From assembly GCA_963666345.1 (NCBI GenBank), contig OY762721.1, positions 2,080,001 through 2,144,000 of the forward strand: a stretch of 64,000 nucleotides of DNA, written 5' to 3'. Each line of letters starts with the position of its first letter. The stretch's first letter is position 1. Positions 41,767 to 51,579 of the stretch are shown here, piece after piece. The stretch is from Desulfatiglandales bacterium. Lineage in GTDB: Bacteria > Desulfobacterota > DSM-4660 > Desulfatiglandales > Desulfatiglandaceae. The notes beneath the pieces are model-generated. The model searched no databases and was not told the origin of the DNA. It saw only the letters and a list, made by a program, of their open reading frames with translations. A program made the translations under genes and the position numbers.

Positions 41767-42426
41767 ATGAAAAAGCTATCAGCCCTTATTTTTGACTGTG
41801 ACGGCGTAATGTTCGATTCAAAACAGGCCAACATAAATTACTACAATTACCTGCTGAGGCATTTTAATCTTCCTCCACTCGGCGAAGAAGACTTTGAATT
41901 TGTGCATTCACACACCTCTGATGAATGTGTGGCACACCTGTTCAGAAAAACCCTTCATGTTGACAAGGCTCTCGCTTACAAGGCGGAAATCTCCTATACC
42001 CCATTTATCAGGGAGATGATCATCGAGCCGGGGTTAATGGATCTTTTGATCTCACTGAAACACTTTTGCGCTCTGGCCGTTGCCACAAACAGAAGCGACA
42101 CGATCACAGAAGTATTAAAGACCTTCAAACTTGACGCCTGCTTCGATATTGTCGTGTCCTCCCTGGATGTACAAAACCCCAAACCCCACCCGGAACCGAT
42201 AATAAAGATCCTTGATTTTTTTGGGATCAAACCTGAAGAGGCGCTTTATATAGGAGACTCCGACGTAGACTCTCAGGTATGTCGGGCATCAGGCGTTTCC
42301 ATGATAGCCTACAGAAACAGGCGTATAGAGGCCCCCTTTTATGCGGACAGCATCCTGGATGTAAAAGGCATTCTCAAGGCCTTTGACATGATCATGCCGA
42401 AGACTTTAGCACACAGAGGCATATAA
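41767..42426 (+). CDS. HAD-family hydrolase (phosphoglycolate phosphatase-like)
   Basis: FDCDGV, KPHPE, YIGDS..D. Confidence 0.9.
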   Translation: MKKLSALIFDCDGVMFDSKQANINYYNYLLRHFNLPPLGEEDFEFVHSHTSDECVAHLFRKTLHVDKALAYKAEISYTPFIREMIIEPGLMDLLISLKHFCALAVATNRSDTITEVLKTFKLDACFDIVVSSLDVQNPKPHPEPIIKILDFFGIKPEEALYIGDSDVDSQVCRASGVSMIAYRNRRIEAPFYADSILDVKGILKAFDMIMPKTLAHRGI

Positions 42427-42535
42427 AAAAAATACCCGTAGTTAGGATATTTTTTCTCCCTCAAAAGGGCAACCTAAAAAAGCTGGGCTTCCGCCTGCGC
42501 TTATAAACGGGAAACAACAGAGATGTCAATACTCA

Positions 42536-43462
42536 TCAAAGATATGACTCAAACTCCCTGGATATATACCAGCTGGGAACCGCAAAATTTATCGCACCGT
42601 AAGAACTGAGCCCCAGACTTACAACACCCACGAGCCTGCCGTTATTATCCACTACGGGGCCACCGCTGTTGCCCCCGATAATAGAGGCTGAAAACTGGAC
42701 CCAATCTCCTTTGTAGGGCGGTTTGATCTTGAGTTCTTTTTTGAAATCCTTTTCCAGAAACAGCCTGCTGAAATTCCCGCTTGTAACGGTTTCCTTGAAG
42801 GCAAGCAGAGGATTGCCTATCACAAATACCGTCTCCCCCCTTATAAGGGACCCCGGGTCTCTCAGTTCAAGAAAAGGGGTAGGCCTGTCTACCGCAACCT
42901 CGATAAGCGCAAGATCATGGTTTCGACTCCTTTTAACGATGCGCACGGAGCGTATTTTATCATCACCCGGAAGTTCAGCCTTCATACTGTAGGTAATGCC
43001 TTTCACCACATGTTTTGCCGTTATCGCCAAGCCTCTGTCGTTTATAAAGAAACCGGAACCGCCACCCCTGTTGTTTGAAAGTCGGAAGGTGCAGTTTATG
43101 GAGTGTTCGACAGGAGTTCTTGAGGGAAGAGGATCTAATTTCTCTTTTGACGGCTCCTTGAAACTTCTTTCCTCAACCTGCCCGCCCACATCTTCAGGGA
43201 CAGGCCTGTTACCTGAAAAATGGATCTTTCCTTCCTTGTCGGTCCATATGAAGGCCTTTCCGGCCTCTGAGTCGCAATCGGGGCCTATGACCACAAGGGA
43301 TGATAAACAGACAAAGATCAGGATCAGCAGAATTTGAAAGCAAAAAGCCCTCTTTATTGGTGCCCTGTTTTTTTCTGATTTTTTTTTGAAAAACCCGCTT
43401 AATTGGAAAGCTATGGACATTACTTTGATTGGCCTTTTACGGGTGAGACTGCCTTGGATCAC
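42536..43462 (-). CDS. DUF4124 + trypsin-like serine protease (no PDZ)
   Basis: FIWTDKEGKIHFS; GSGFFI..., TAKHVV, DLALI, GNSGGP. Confidence 0.85.
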   Translation of the reverse strand: MIQGSLTRKRPIKVMSIAFQLSGFFKKKSEKNRAPIKRAFCFQILLILIFVCLSSLVVIGPDCDSEAGKAFIWTDKEGKIHFSGNRPVPEDVGGQVEERSFKEPSKEKLDPLPSRTPVEHSINCTFRLSNNRGGGSGFFINDRGLAITAKHVVKGITYSMKAELPGDDKIRSVRIVKRSRNHDLALIEVAVDRPTPFLELRDPGSLIRGETVFVIGNPLLAFKETVTSGNFSRLFLEKDFKKELKIKPPYKGDWVQFSASIIGGNSGGPVVDNNGRLVGVVSLGLSSYGAINFAVPSWYISREFESYL

Positions 43463-44223
43463 CTGATTTTTTCCATGAGGCGTCTTGCCTCTTCTGCATA
43501 TGGCCCTTTAGGATCACTTTCTATCGTCTTTTCAAGTTCTCTCTCTGCCGCCTCTACCCATCCCTTATCCATATAAATCCTCCCCAGATTCAAACGGGCC
43601 AGGGGGTAATCCGGGAAGTATTCAAGGGCCTTGTGATATGCGGTTATTGCATCTTCCCATCTGTCAGTTTTCTCGTATACAAGCCCAAGCTTTACATAAC
43701 AGGGCCCAAAGGAGGGCAATATTTCAAGGGCACGCCGGTAACTTTCCATTGCCTTTGGATATTCACCTTTTTTGTAATAGGCCCAGCCCATGTTATGATA
43801 GGCGAAATGAGGTGTCGTATACAGGATATTGGATGCCGCCCGTTTAAAACATGCTATGGCCTCGTCCCATCTTTGGAGCAGCAGGTATAATGTTCCAAGG
43901 TTGTTGCTTGCCTCGGAGAAATCGGGTCGGATTGACAGGGCCTTCTTAAATTGCAGTTCAGAGGAATCATATTCTCCGAGGAATCTGTATATAAGGGCTA
44001 TCTGATGATGTGCATCGGCATTATCAGGCTGCAGCTTAACTGACTCGAGCAGTTTTGCCAGACCCTCCCTTTGATTGCCCTGTGCCACAAGGGAGTTCCC
44101 CAGGTTTTCCAGGGCGTTAGCCCTTTTATTGGAATTAGCCTGATCTGTTACGCATGCGGCGGCAAAAAAGATCAGAAGGCATAAAAGCAAGGCCTTTTGA
44201 AGGGATATATAAATGAGATGCAT
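43459..44223 (-). CDS. TPR lipoprotein; Tgl/PilF secretin pilotin
   Basis: Lipobox AAA-C; several TPR repeats (NNLG, LYTTP); directly after pilQ. Confidence 0.85.
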   Translation of the reverse strand: MHLIYISLQKALLLCLLIFFAAACVTDQANSNKRANALENLGNSLVAQGNQREGLAKLLESVKLQPDNADAHHQIALIYRFLGEYDSSELQFKKALSIRPDFSEASNNLGTLYLLLQRWDEAIACFKRAASNILYTTPHFAYHNMGWAYYKKGEYPKAMESYRRALEILPSFGPCYVKLGLVYEKTDRWEDAITAYHKALEYFPDYPLARLNLGRIYMDKGWVEAAERELEKTIESDPKGPYAEEARRLMEKIR

Positions 44224-44234
44224 CTAAGAATTCC

Positions 44235-46595
44235 TTACTGCAATATCGTCCCTTCAATTACCTGAGGGGTGAGGAATATAAGCAGTTCGCTTTTTTCGCG
44301 TGTCTTTGTTTCAGCCTTAAACAGCCACCCCAGGACGGGAATATCTTTTGCCCACGGATATCCCGCCTCCGAGGTAACGATATCTTCCTTGAAGATCCCC
44401 CCGATAACAACGGTTTCACCATTTTTGACCATCAGCTTTGTCTCTATCTTCTTCTCCTGTTTCTCATTGACGCTTATGGCGGTATCATCCGTAACCTCTA
44501 CGGTCATGGTCACATGGGAATTATCCGCGCTTGTGGTGGGAGTAACCGTCAAAGACAGGGTGGCGGTAATCTCTTTCGTGTCTATCTGATCGGCTGTTAC
44601 AACGTCTTTATACAGGATGGTACCCCTGCTGATCGTTGCCTGCTGACCGTTCATGGTTATTACCTTTGGGGCGGAGATTATGTGGGCCTTGCCTTCGGTC
44701 TCGGCAAGCGCAAGGGATGCGTCCAGGGATATGGCTCCCAGTCCGCTGCTGGTAAGCCTGGCAAAGGAGATACCGATATTTGGAGTCCATGTGGCCGGGC
44801 TGTTGGATGAGAGGCTCCCGCCATAAAGCAGGTCATTAGGATTGGCAAAACCTGTAGCTGCGGTAACTCCCCAGTTCTGGGCCTGATCACCTCTACGCAG
44901 CCCTTCTATTGCATTCCACTGGACCCCCAGGTCCCGGCTGAAGCTGGAGGTGGCATCCACGATGCGCGCCTGAATCATGACCTGCTTTTCAGGCACATCA
45001 AGCTTTGCCACCATTTCCTTGACCTTGTCGATTTTGGACCTTACACCGTTCAGGATAATGGTGTTTGTTCCTGAATCATAGGTAAGGTAAAGATCGGCCT
45101 TTGCGACCTCAGTCTTTTTCCCCTCTTCCTCACCTTTTGCCACGACCTTTTCAGCCGCACCTTCAAGCTCCAAAATACCGGGCTTAGGCGGATCAGCATC
45201 CTTGTCACCCACAAGCATCCTGAAAATATCTTCAACCTTCCTGTTCTTTATGACGATGTATTCAACAACCTTGGGCTGAAAGACCTCTTCTATCTGCTTC
45301 TGTGCCAAAAGCGATTTTGCTCTCTCTCTCTCCTTTATCTCCATATCGATCAGCTTGGCCTTTGGAACCACCCACATGACATTGCCTTCAATAGTGTAAG
45401 TAAGATCATTTGGTTTTAACACCATTTCAAGTGCCTGGTCCCACGGCACATCATCAAGTTTCAGAGAGATCTTGCCTTCGACATCGCTTCCCCATACGAT
45501 ATTCATTCCTATGGCTTCGGCTATAAGCTTGAGGATGTTCCTGATATCGGTGTCGATAAAGTCAAAGCTCATCCTCATGCCGGCATAATCCTTGGAAAGG
45601 ACATCGTACCTGCGTGCGCTCGATTCATTTTCACCCTCATTCTCATTTGTTCCCTTACTTTTAGGGTGATTAAGATCCAGTCTGGCCGGACCCTTTGAGG
45701 ACGCACCGAAATCTATCTTCAACTCCCTTCCTTCCTGGGAAATATGGTAAGGCACAAGCTCCCTTAGGGATATATCCACTAAAACGGTTTTATCTAACAC
45801 AGACGAAGAGGCCTTTATGCCCTTTACAGCCCCTTCAAAGTATTTGGAATCCATCCTCCTTTTAAGTAAGTCTGGGATAGTCGCATCTTTGATCAAAACC
45901 AGCAGGTGCTGTCCCTCTTTCATCTTGGTGCTGTAATCCAGTTTTTTGCTGGAGGTTATGGTAGCCCTTGATCTGCTTTTTTCAAGAGGGGCAAAGTCAA
46001 TACCAAGGATCTGGTTCAGAGCAGAAGAGCCCGGCTTGAAAAAGGTCCTTGATTTCTGCTCCGGAACATTCGTCGTCTTACGATAGGAGGCTGGTTCCCC
46101 GGCAGTCTGTTTTTCCGTAACCTTTGCGGATATCTTTTCAGCAGTGAAGAGATCAAGCACTATTTCGGCGCCCTGAGAATCAATTGAGTAATCGCAATTG
46201 CTGCTTGAAAGACCCAGCTCAATCCTGGTTGATGCCAGATCACCCGCACGCTCTTTTAACTTCAGGGACTTTACTATCGGGACATTATCAACAAATGTCT
46301 GCCTTTCCAGATTCGGTGCCGGCAATCCCTCTATATCAATAAACAGGCGTGGCGGTTTGTCCATTTTGAACAGCGCATAACGGGTCTTGGAAGAAGTAAG
46401 GATAGTTATCCTTGCACCATCTCCCTTTTTTATCACCTGGATTGCTTTTACAGTGGCCGAAAGATTCAGCTCTTTTTGATCCACTCTCTCTGCGGCTGTC
46501 TGGGTGGACACACAACCATAGACAAAGAGGCTGCACAATATAGCCGATATCATGCAGAAAGATGCTCTACCCATCCCGCCTTCAAATTTATTCAT
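44235..46595 (-). CDS. pilQ: Type IV pilus secretin PilQ with AMIN domains
   Basis: DDVPWDQAL, QVMIQARIV, ETVVIGGI, IPVLGWLFK, ELLIFLTP; RBS before the ATG at 46595. Confidence 0.95.
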   Translation of the reverse strand: MNKFEGGMGRASFCMISAILCSLFVYGCVSTQTAAERVDQKELNLSATVKAIQVIKKGDGARITILTSSKTRYALFKMDKPPRLFIDIEGLPAPNLERQTFVDNVPIVKSLKLKERAGDLASTRIELGLSSSNCDYSIDSQGAEIVLDLFTAEKISAKVTEKQTAGEPASYRKTTNVPEQKSRTFFKPGSSALNQILGIDFAPLEKSRSRATITSSKKLDYSTKMKEGQHLLVLIKDATIPDLLKRRMDSKYFEGAVKGIKASSSVLDKTVLVDISLRELVPYHISQEGRELKIDFGASSKGPARLDLNHPKSKGTNENEGENESSARRYDVLSKDYAGMRMSFDFIDTDIRNILKLIAEAIGMNIVWGSDVEGKISLKLDDVPWDQALEMVLKPNDLTYTIEGNVMWVVPKAKLIDMEIKERERAKSLLAQKQIEEVFQPKVVEYIVIKNRKVEDIFRMLVGDKDADPPKPGILELEGAAEKVVAKGEEEGKKTEVAKADLYLTYDSGTNTIILNGVRSKIDKVKEMVAKLDVPEKQVMIQARIVDATSSFSRDLGVQWNAIEGLRRGDQAQNWGVTAATGFANPNDLLYGGSLSSNSPATWTPNIGISFARLTSSGLGAISLDASLALAETEGKAHIISAPKVITMNGQQATISRGTILYKDVVTADQIDTKEITATLSLTVTPTTSADNSHVTMTVEVTDDTAISVNEKQEKKIETKLMVKNGETVVIGGIFKEDIVTSEAGYPWAKDIPVLGWLFKAETKTREKSELLIFLTPQVIEGTILQ

Positions 46596-46662
46596 GGAAT
46601 TCTCCCCTTCAGTGGAACCTTTCCCTAAACTCTTTCTCTTTGCTTTATAACTATCTTCAAAA

Positions 46663-47967
46663 TCAAAACTCCTGATAATCCTCAAGGACGGACTCAATTA
46701 TCTTTCGTCTCAACGGCCCTTCATCCTCCGACAGATCAAGCCTTCTAACAAATATAGCGGGATCGTCCCTATGATATACATAGTTTACAACAAACACATT
46801 CATGCCCGGGTTAACCCTAAATCGAAATTCGCGGATGTAATCAGGTTTAGAGGTTATGCTTCCATACAGGCGCTGTGCCACTGGTTTAAATGTGGCTACA
46901 GCGGTATGAAAACCAACGGGAAGCTTCATGCTCCAGTTATCTTCAGCCATAAAAAAACTCCAGCTTTTTCCACTCTCCTCAGGGGCTATCTGCAAGCCCC
47001 TACCCCGATCACCCCATAGGTACTTAAATCTTAAATTGGGACCGTTTCTCTTTGCGAGCTGATAAAAATCGCTCCTTTTGGGCACGGTGTAGCATTCAAG
47101 CTCGGTAGCTTTTCCGCCCGCCGTCTTTATCATAAGAGAAAAGCTTTTTATAACGTAATTAAGCCCCATGAAATCATCCTGTCCCTTTACCCTGCTCTCC
47201 ATGACCCGGCCGTAGCGCAGATTTTTACTAAGCTCTTCAGAGTCTTTGCCTTTCCTGTAAATTATAATTCCATCCCTTGCTACCCACCAGGGATTTAGAT
47301 CGTCACTCATAGGCTGAGTCAGAAAAAAGACATCTCCCGTATTAATGGTTTCGGAAACAGGAGCGGTGGAGGACTTATCCTTGCCTAATACGACCTGCTT
47401 AAAATAGGCATATCCGGATTCAGTCAAATCGGGAGCCCAGTAAAGATGAGGCATATCGGTAAAAATGGGCTCCACTCTTTCATGATACTCATAAGGCTTT
47501 GACAGACCCCAGACGTTTACTTCCCAGACAATCTGAGAAGGCTCGGAAGAGATTATCTTTCCGAATATATATACGTCCGCCTTGAGCTCCGCGGTTATAC
47601 CCGCCCGCAAGGCAGGCAGCTTTCCAAAAAGATCGGCGGAAACGATGCTGTTCTCAAGTGATTTTTTCCGAGGCACTATTTCAAACTGTGAATTTCTTCC
47701 AAGGGCAGCCCTTAGACTGTCTGAAATATAGCGGGAGGCGACGATTATATTGCCCGCATCGTCGGTAAAATCAAAAAGAGCTACCTTGATTCGGTCCTTA
47801 TCCTCCTGGTCGAAATAGTAGGAAGACAGAGTCTTCATCAGGGATTGGGAGAAGCTTTTTATTCCATCGCCTTCATTTGAATGATCTATGCTTTTTTCAA
47901 GGGCCTGAGCATTAAAGGCGACGGCAAAAAAGCAAATAAAAAAGATTGCCCTGATCAGCCTTTTCAT
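46663..47967 (-). CDS. Exported hypothetical protein inserted between pilP and pilQ
   Basis: Sec signal ending AQA; N-terminal KVALFDF...SRYISDSL...FEIV resembles the FlgO/CsgG-like fold. Confidence 0.75.
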   Translation of the reverse strand: MKRLIRAIFFICFFAVAFNAQALEKSIDHSNEGDGIKSFSQSLMKTLSSYYFDQEDKDRIKVALFDFTDDAGNIIVASRYISDSLRAALGRNSQFEIVPRKKSLENSIVSADLFGKLPALRAGITAELKADVYIFGKIISSEPSQIVWEVNVWGLSKPYEYHERVEPIFTDMPHLYWAPDLTESGYAYFKQVVLGKDKSSTAPVSETINTGDVFFLTQPMSDDLNPWWVARDGIIIYRKGKDSEELSKNLRYGRVMESRVKGQDDFMGLNYVIKSFSLMIKTAGGKATELECYTVPKRSDFYQLAKRNGPNLRFKYLWGDRGRGLQIAPEESGKSWSFFMAEDNWSMKLPVGFHTAVATFKPVAQRLYGSITSKPDYIREFRFRVNPGMNVFVVNYVYHRDDPAIFVRRLDLSEDEGPLRRKIIESVLEDYQEF

Positions 47968-48028
47968 AAATTTCTCCTAATCAGTATTTGCTATTGGACT
48001 CTTAATGAGTGCCGATAAGAAAAGATCC

Positions 48029-48616
48029 TCACTCGTAATACTGTGAGGCCATTTCCATATCAATAAATTTATATTTAATATTCCCGTCTTTATCTAAATA
48101 TGGTTCCTTTATGACAACTTTTCTCGCATATTCCTTACCATAGGGGGTTTTTTTTGTTTCCCTTATTATATCCTCCACGGTTCCGCCGTTCCCACCTATG
48201 AAAGTTCCCTTCTTGACAACGTAGCCGATCCCTTTAGGATCTCTCACCATGGCCCATGACTCTTTTGGTCCCTTAATAATAGCGGTAAGTTCCAGCTGGG
48301 AAAGTTCAAGCTTCTGAAGTTCCGTCCTTGCTTCCTTAAGAGACTTAAGTCGGTTGAGGGCTGCAAGCTTTTTGCTCCTTTTTTCCTCAAGTTCCTTTAG
48401 GATTTCCTTTCTCTTGACCAGAAAAGAGGCAAAGGGATCTGCCTTATCTTTTGCATCGTAGACATATTCGGTACTTTCTTCAGGATTGTCCTGATACTTT
48501 TTTTCTCCCGCCGCTTTATTAATTGCATCGGCCGCCGCCATGGATAAACCGGCAGAAAGGAAAAGACAAACCGCCGCAACCAGAATGAAAAAACTTATAG
48601 TTCCCTTTTTCAGCAT
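48029..48616 (-). CDS. pilP: Type IV pilus assembly protein PilP
   Basis: DPF motif; TELQK..LSQL.L.AII; AMVRDPKG.GYVVK.GT.IG. Confidence 0.88.
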   Translation of the reverse strand: MLKKGTISFFILVAAVCLFLSAGLSMAAADAINKAAGEKKYQDNPEESTEYVYDAKDKADPFASFLVKRKEILKELEEKRSKKLAALNRLKSLKEARTELQKLELSQLELTAIIKGPKESWAMVRDPKGIGYVVKKGTFIGGNGGTVEDIIRETKKTPYGKEYARKVVIKEPYLDKDGNIKYKFIDMEMASQYYE

Positions 48617-48617
48617 C

Positions 48618-49235
48618 CTATTTTTTCTTCTTCTTCTTTTTTTTAGACTTTTCTTTTTCTTCATCGGCCTTGCTCTTGAACCTGTAGGTGACAGCGGTAC
48701 ATCTCGTCTTCAGATCGGTTGAAAGTTCCTTTTCAGGCTTCATTGAGACATCCAGTATATTGACAATCCTTTCCATCCTTCCCACTTTACTGAAAAAGGT
48801 GGCCACATTATGGTAATTCCCGTTGACCTCAATGGCCACAGGTATCTCAATGTAGAAATCCTGGGACTGTTCTTTCTGCGGGCTGAAAAGCTGAAACTCC
48901 AAATCGGATTCTCTTCCCAGCTGGCTGACCGTTCCGAGCAGACTGGGGATCTCCCTTTCGTTAGGCAACAGCTTCAGTGCCTCTCTAAACTGGGCATCCA
49001 CCATGGCCTGCTCCTTCTCGAACTTTGCAAGATTTTTTGCCCTTTTCTTAGCAACCACGAGCCGTTGCTTGAGATGGGAGATATCATCAGTAATGCTTGA
49101 AATTTCTCCTGTCTTGGGCAGATAAACAAAATAGACAAAAAGAGCGGCCAACACGAATATTGTCAGCAGAAATACCAATATCCTGTAAGATTTCTTTATT
49201 CTTTCAATTTTTTCAAAAAAGGTGCCTTCAGGCAT
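48618..49235 (-). CDS. pilO: Type IV pilus assembly protein PilO
   Basis: LP..REIPSLL, FYIEIPV, G.YH..A.F. Confidence 0.93.
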   Translation of the reverse strand: MPEGTFFEKIERIKKSYRILVFLLTIFVLAALFVYFVYLPKTGEISSITDDISHLKQRLVVAKKRAKNLAKFEKEQAMVDAQFREALKLLPNEREIPSLLGTVSQLGRESDLEFQLFSPQKEQSQDFYIEIPVAIEVNGNYHNVATFFSKVGRMERIVNILDVSMKPEKELSTDLKTRCTAVTYRFKSKADEEKEKSKKKKKKKK

Positions 49236-49256
49236 TAATTTTATCCCTTTCGCCTA

Positions 49257-49859
49257 TTAACCCTTTCCTTTTTTCTTATTATCCTTTACGACCTTTTCTT
49301 CAGGTTCTTTATGGGAATAGGTCTTACAGCTCAAAACAAAATCGGTAACGTCCATCTCAAATTGCGTCAGGTTCTTGAGCTTTGTGCTTTTTAGATCGAC
49401 AGACGTTATGGTCTCAGCCTTTTCAAGTTTTGTCATAAACAGGGCGACCGTCTTGTTATCGATCGCGGCACCTGCGATAGTCAAAATTCCCTTTTTCTCA
49501 ACTATTGACTCAAGCCATAATCTGTCTTTGGGAACGGCAGCGGATATTTCATCAAGCAACCTTACCGGGCCCGTCTTTTTCTTCTCGAGCCCCTTTATAA
49601 CTTTCAGCTTTTCCTGAGCCTCTTTGATCTTCCGCTGTATCTCTTTTATTCTTTCGGTCGTCTTTGCATATTTTCTGAGCTCACCCTGAATCCGAGATTG
49701 CTCCGCCTGTAAAGCCGAAATTCTATTATTGAGGCTTAAATAGGCATAACCCATAAGGGCAATAAAAAAGATAATGGAGAGTAGAAATATACTCACCTGC
49801 CTGCGTATGTTCTCTCTTTTTTTTGCTGCCCTAAAGGGGAGTAGATTTATTTTTATCAT
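49257..49859 (-). CDS. pilN: Type IV pilus assembly protein PilN
   Basis: IKINLLP N-terminal PilM-binding motif; TM helix; coiled coil. Confidence 0.95.
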   Translation of the reverse strand: MIKINLLPFRAAKKRENIRRQVSIFLLSIIFFIALMGYAYLSLNNRISALQAEQSRIQGELRKYAKTTERIKEIQRKIKEAQEKLKVIKGLEKKKTGPVRLLDEISAAVPKDRLWLESIVEKKGILTIAGAAIDNKTVALFMTKLEKAETITSVDLKSTKLKNLTQFEMDVTDFVLSCKTYSHKEPEEKVVKDNKKKGKG

Positions 49860-50953
49860 TTGTCGCCAATGCTTCTCAGCGCCAAGCCGACCGCAACTGC
49901 TGCCTGAGGCGCCATATATGAAAGGTAATCGGCATCAAAGTGCTTTTCGTTTGCAATAAGATTAGCAAAAGGGTTCAATTCGGTTACAGGGATATCCGTC
50001 TCAAGCTGAAGATATTTCTGGAACCCGGGGATCCTACAGGCTCCCCCGCATACGAGGACCTTTTCTATGCTCTCATCCGGATAGGTGCTGGCCACAAAAT
50101 CAAGTGCCCTTTTTATCTCCTGAACCCAGTCCGACACAACAGACTTGAAGATCTCCTCCAACTCATCTTTGTCACGGTCGACATTTGACCCGCCAAGCTT
50201 GATATTTTCCGCCTCTTCGAAGCTCACCTTGTATTTGGAAACGATAGCTTCAGTTATCTGGGAACCTCCGTATGAAGAATCTCTGGTAAAAAGAGACACG
50301 CCGTTCCTTACGACATTTATACCCAACTCCTCGGCACCTATATTTACAATCGCGTAGGCACCCTCCGGTTCGGCATCTTCCGTGCTTATTTCAAACGCAT
50401 TCTGCAATGCAAAGGCATCGACATCAAGCACGCCGGGGCTTAACCCTGCCGAATCAAGCAGGTTTGCGTAGTCATCGATGATATCCTTTTTGGCGGCCAC
50501 CAGCATCACTTCCATCTGCTCGGAGGCCTGTTTTTCATCACTCCCCGACTTGTTTTCAGCGCCCTCCTCAAATGAAGGCAGGATATCAAAATCCAGATTC
50601 ACCTCGTTTATATCAAAAGGGATGTACTGTTCCGCCTCTTCGTGGATAGTACTTTCAAGTTCAGATTCTTCACGGCTGCTCAACACTATCTTCTTTACAA
50701 TTACCGAGTACCCGGAAATAGAAGTGGACACGTTCCTGTTTTTGATTTTAAGGTTTTCAAACAGGTTCTTTAAGGCAGAAGAGACAACATCTATCTCCTT
50801 GATGGATCCCTCGACAATAGCATCGGGAGGCAGTCCTATTATTCCAAAATTCTTAAGGACCCTCCCCTTTTTGCTGTGATCGATCTCAACGAGTTTTATT
50901 GAGTGAGATCCTATGTCAAGACCTATCAGCTGATTTTTTTTCGGAATAGACAT
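49856..50953 (-). CDS. pilM: Type IV pilus assembly protein PilM
   Basis: IGLDIGSHSIK, EAEQYIPF, AVAVGLALR. Confidence 0.96.
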   Translation of the reverse strand: MSIPKKNQLIGLDIGSHSIKLVEIDHSKKGRVLKNFGIIGLPPDAIVEGSIKEIDVVSSALKNLFENLKIKNRNVSTSISGYSVIVKKIVLSSREESELESTIHEEAEQYIPFDINEVNLDFDILPSFEEGAENKSGSDEKQASEQMEVMLVAAKKDIIDDYANLLDSAGLSPGVLDVDAFALQNAFEISTEDAEPEGAYAIVNIGAEELGINVVRNGVSLFTRDSSYGGSQITEAIVSKYKVSFEEAENIKLGGSNVDRDKDELEEIFKSVVSDWVQEIKRALDFVASTYPDESIEKVLVCGGACRIPGFQKYLQLETDIPVTELNPFANLIANEKHFDADYLSYMAPQAAVAVGLALRSIGDK

Positions 50954-50967
50954 GATAATCAGATATT

Positions 50968-51168
50968 CTAGGCCTCTGGGAAAACCTTTTCCTTGAGAGA
51001 AAGATCATAACCCAGGGCAAGAATAATTTTTCTCCTTGTCTCCATTCTGCAGTTCTTTCCGCTCTCTACCCGGTCAATAGTAAGAGGTGAAACGCCGGCC
51101 TTTCTCGCAAGCTCGGCCTTACTCATCAACTGACCCTCTCTTATTGATTTTACAGAATTACGCCCCAC
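50968..51168 (-). CDS. XRE-family helix-turn-helix protein leading the pilM operon
   Basis: MSKAELARKAGVSPLTIDRVE HTH; GTG start with GGAG SD. Confidence 0.88.
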   Translation of the reverse strand: MGRNSVKSIREGQLMSKAELARKAGVSPLTIDRVESGKNCRMETRRKIILALGYDLSLKEKVFPEA

Positions 51169-51579
51169 GTTGTCCTCCAGTTATTGATGTCTCTTATTGA
51201 ATATTCAAAACCATACTATAATGATATTTTTTGTATCTTAGAGCATATTGGGCCATCTTTGTCAATTGCTTTTTTATAATTTAAGCTAATTGGATATAAA
51301 TTATATATATATAGTAGCAACAAGATAGTATCCACACAATATATTGTATCTTTAAAAACCGATATAAGACATCATGGGAAAGCAAGGCTCAAAATCACAA
51401 AAAAAATCAGATCCCTATTCAGGCAAATCAACCCAGGCGTGGAAAGGACCGGGATATTCAAAAATCCTTTTTTGAGCAGATGCGACCCTGTCGGTCAAAA
51501 TAGGGAAAAAGGTTAAAAATACCTTTACAAAATCGGGTAGGAAAGATTAAATTCCGTGAGAAATTTCTAGGAGGCCTCC

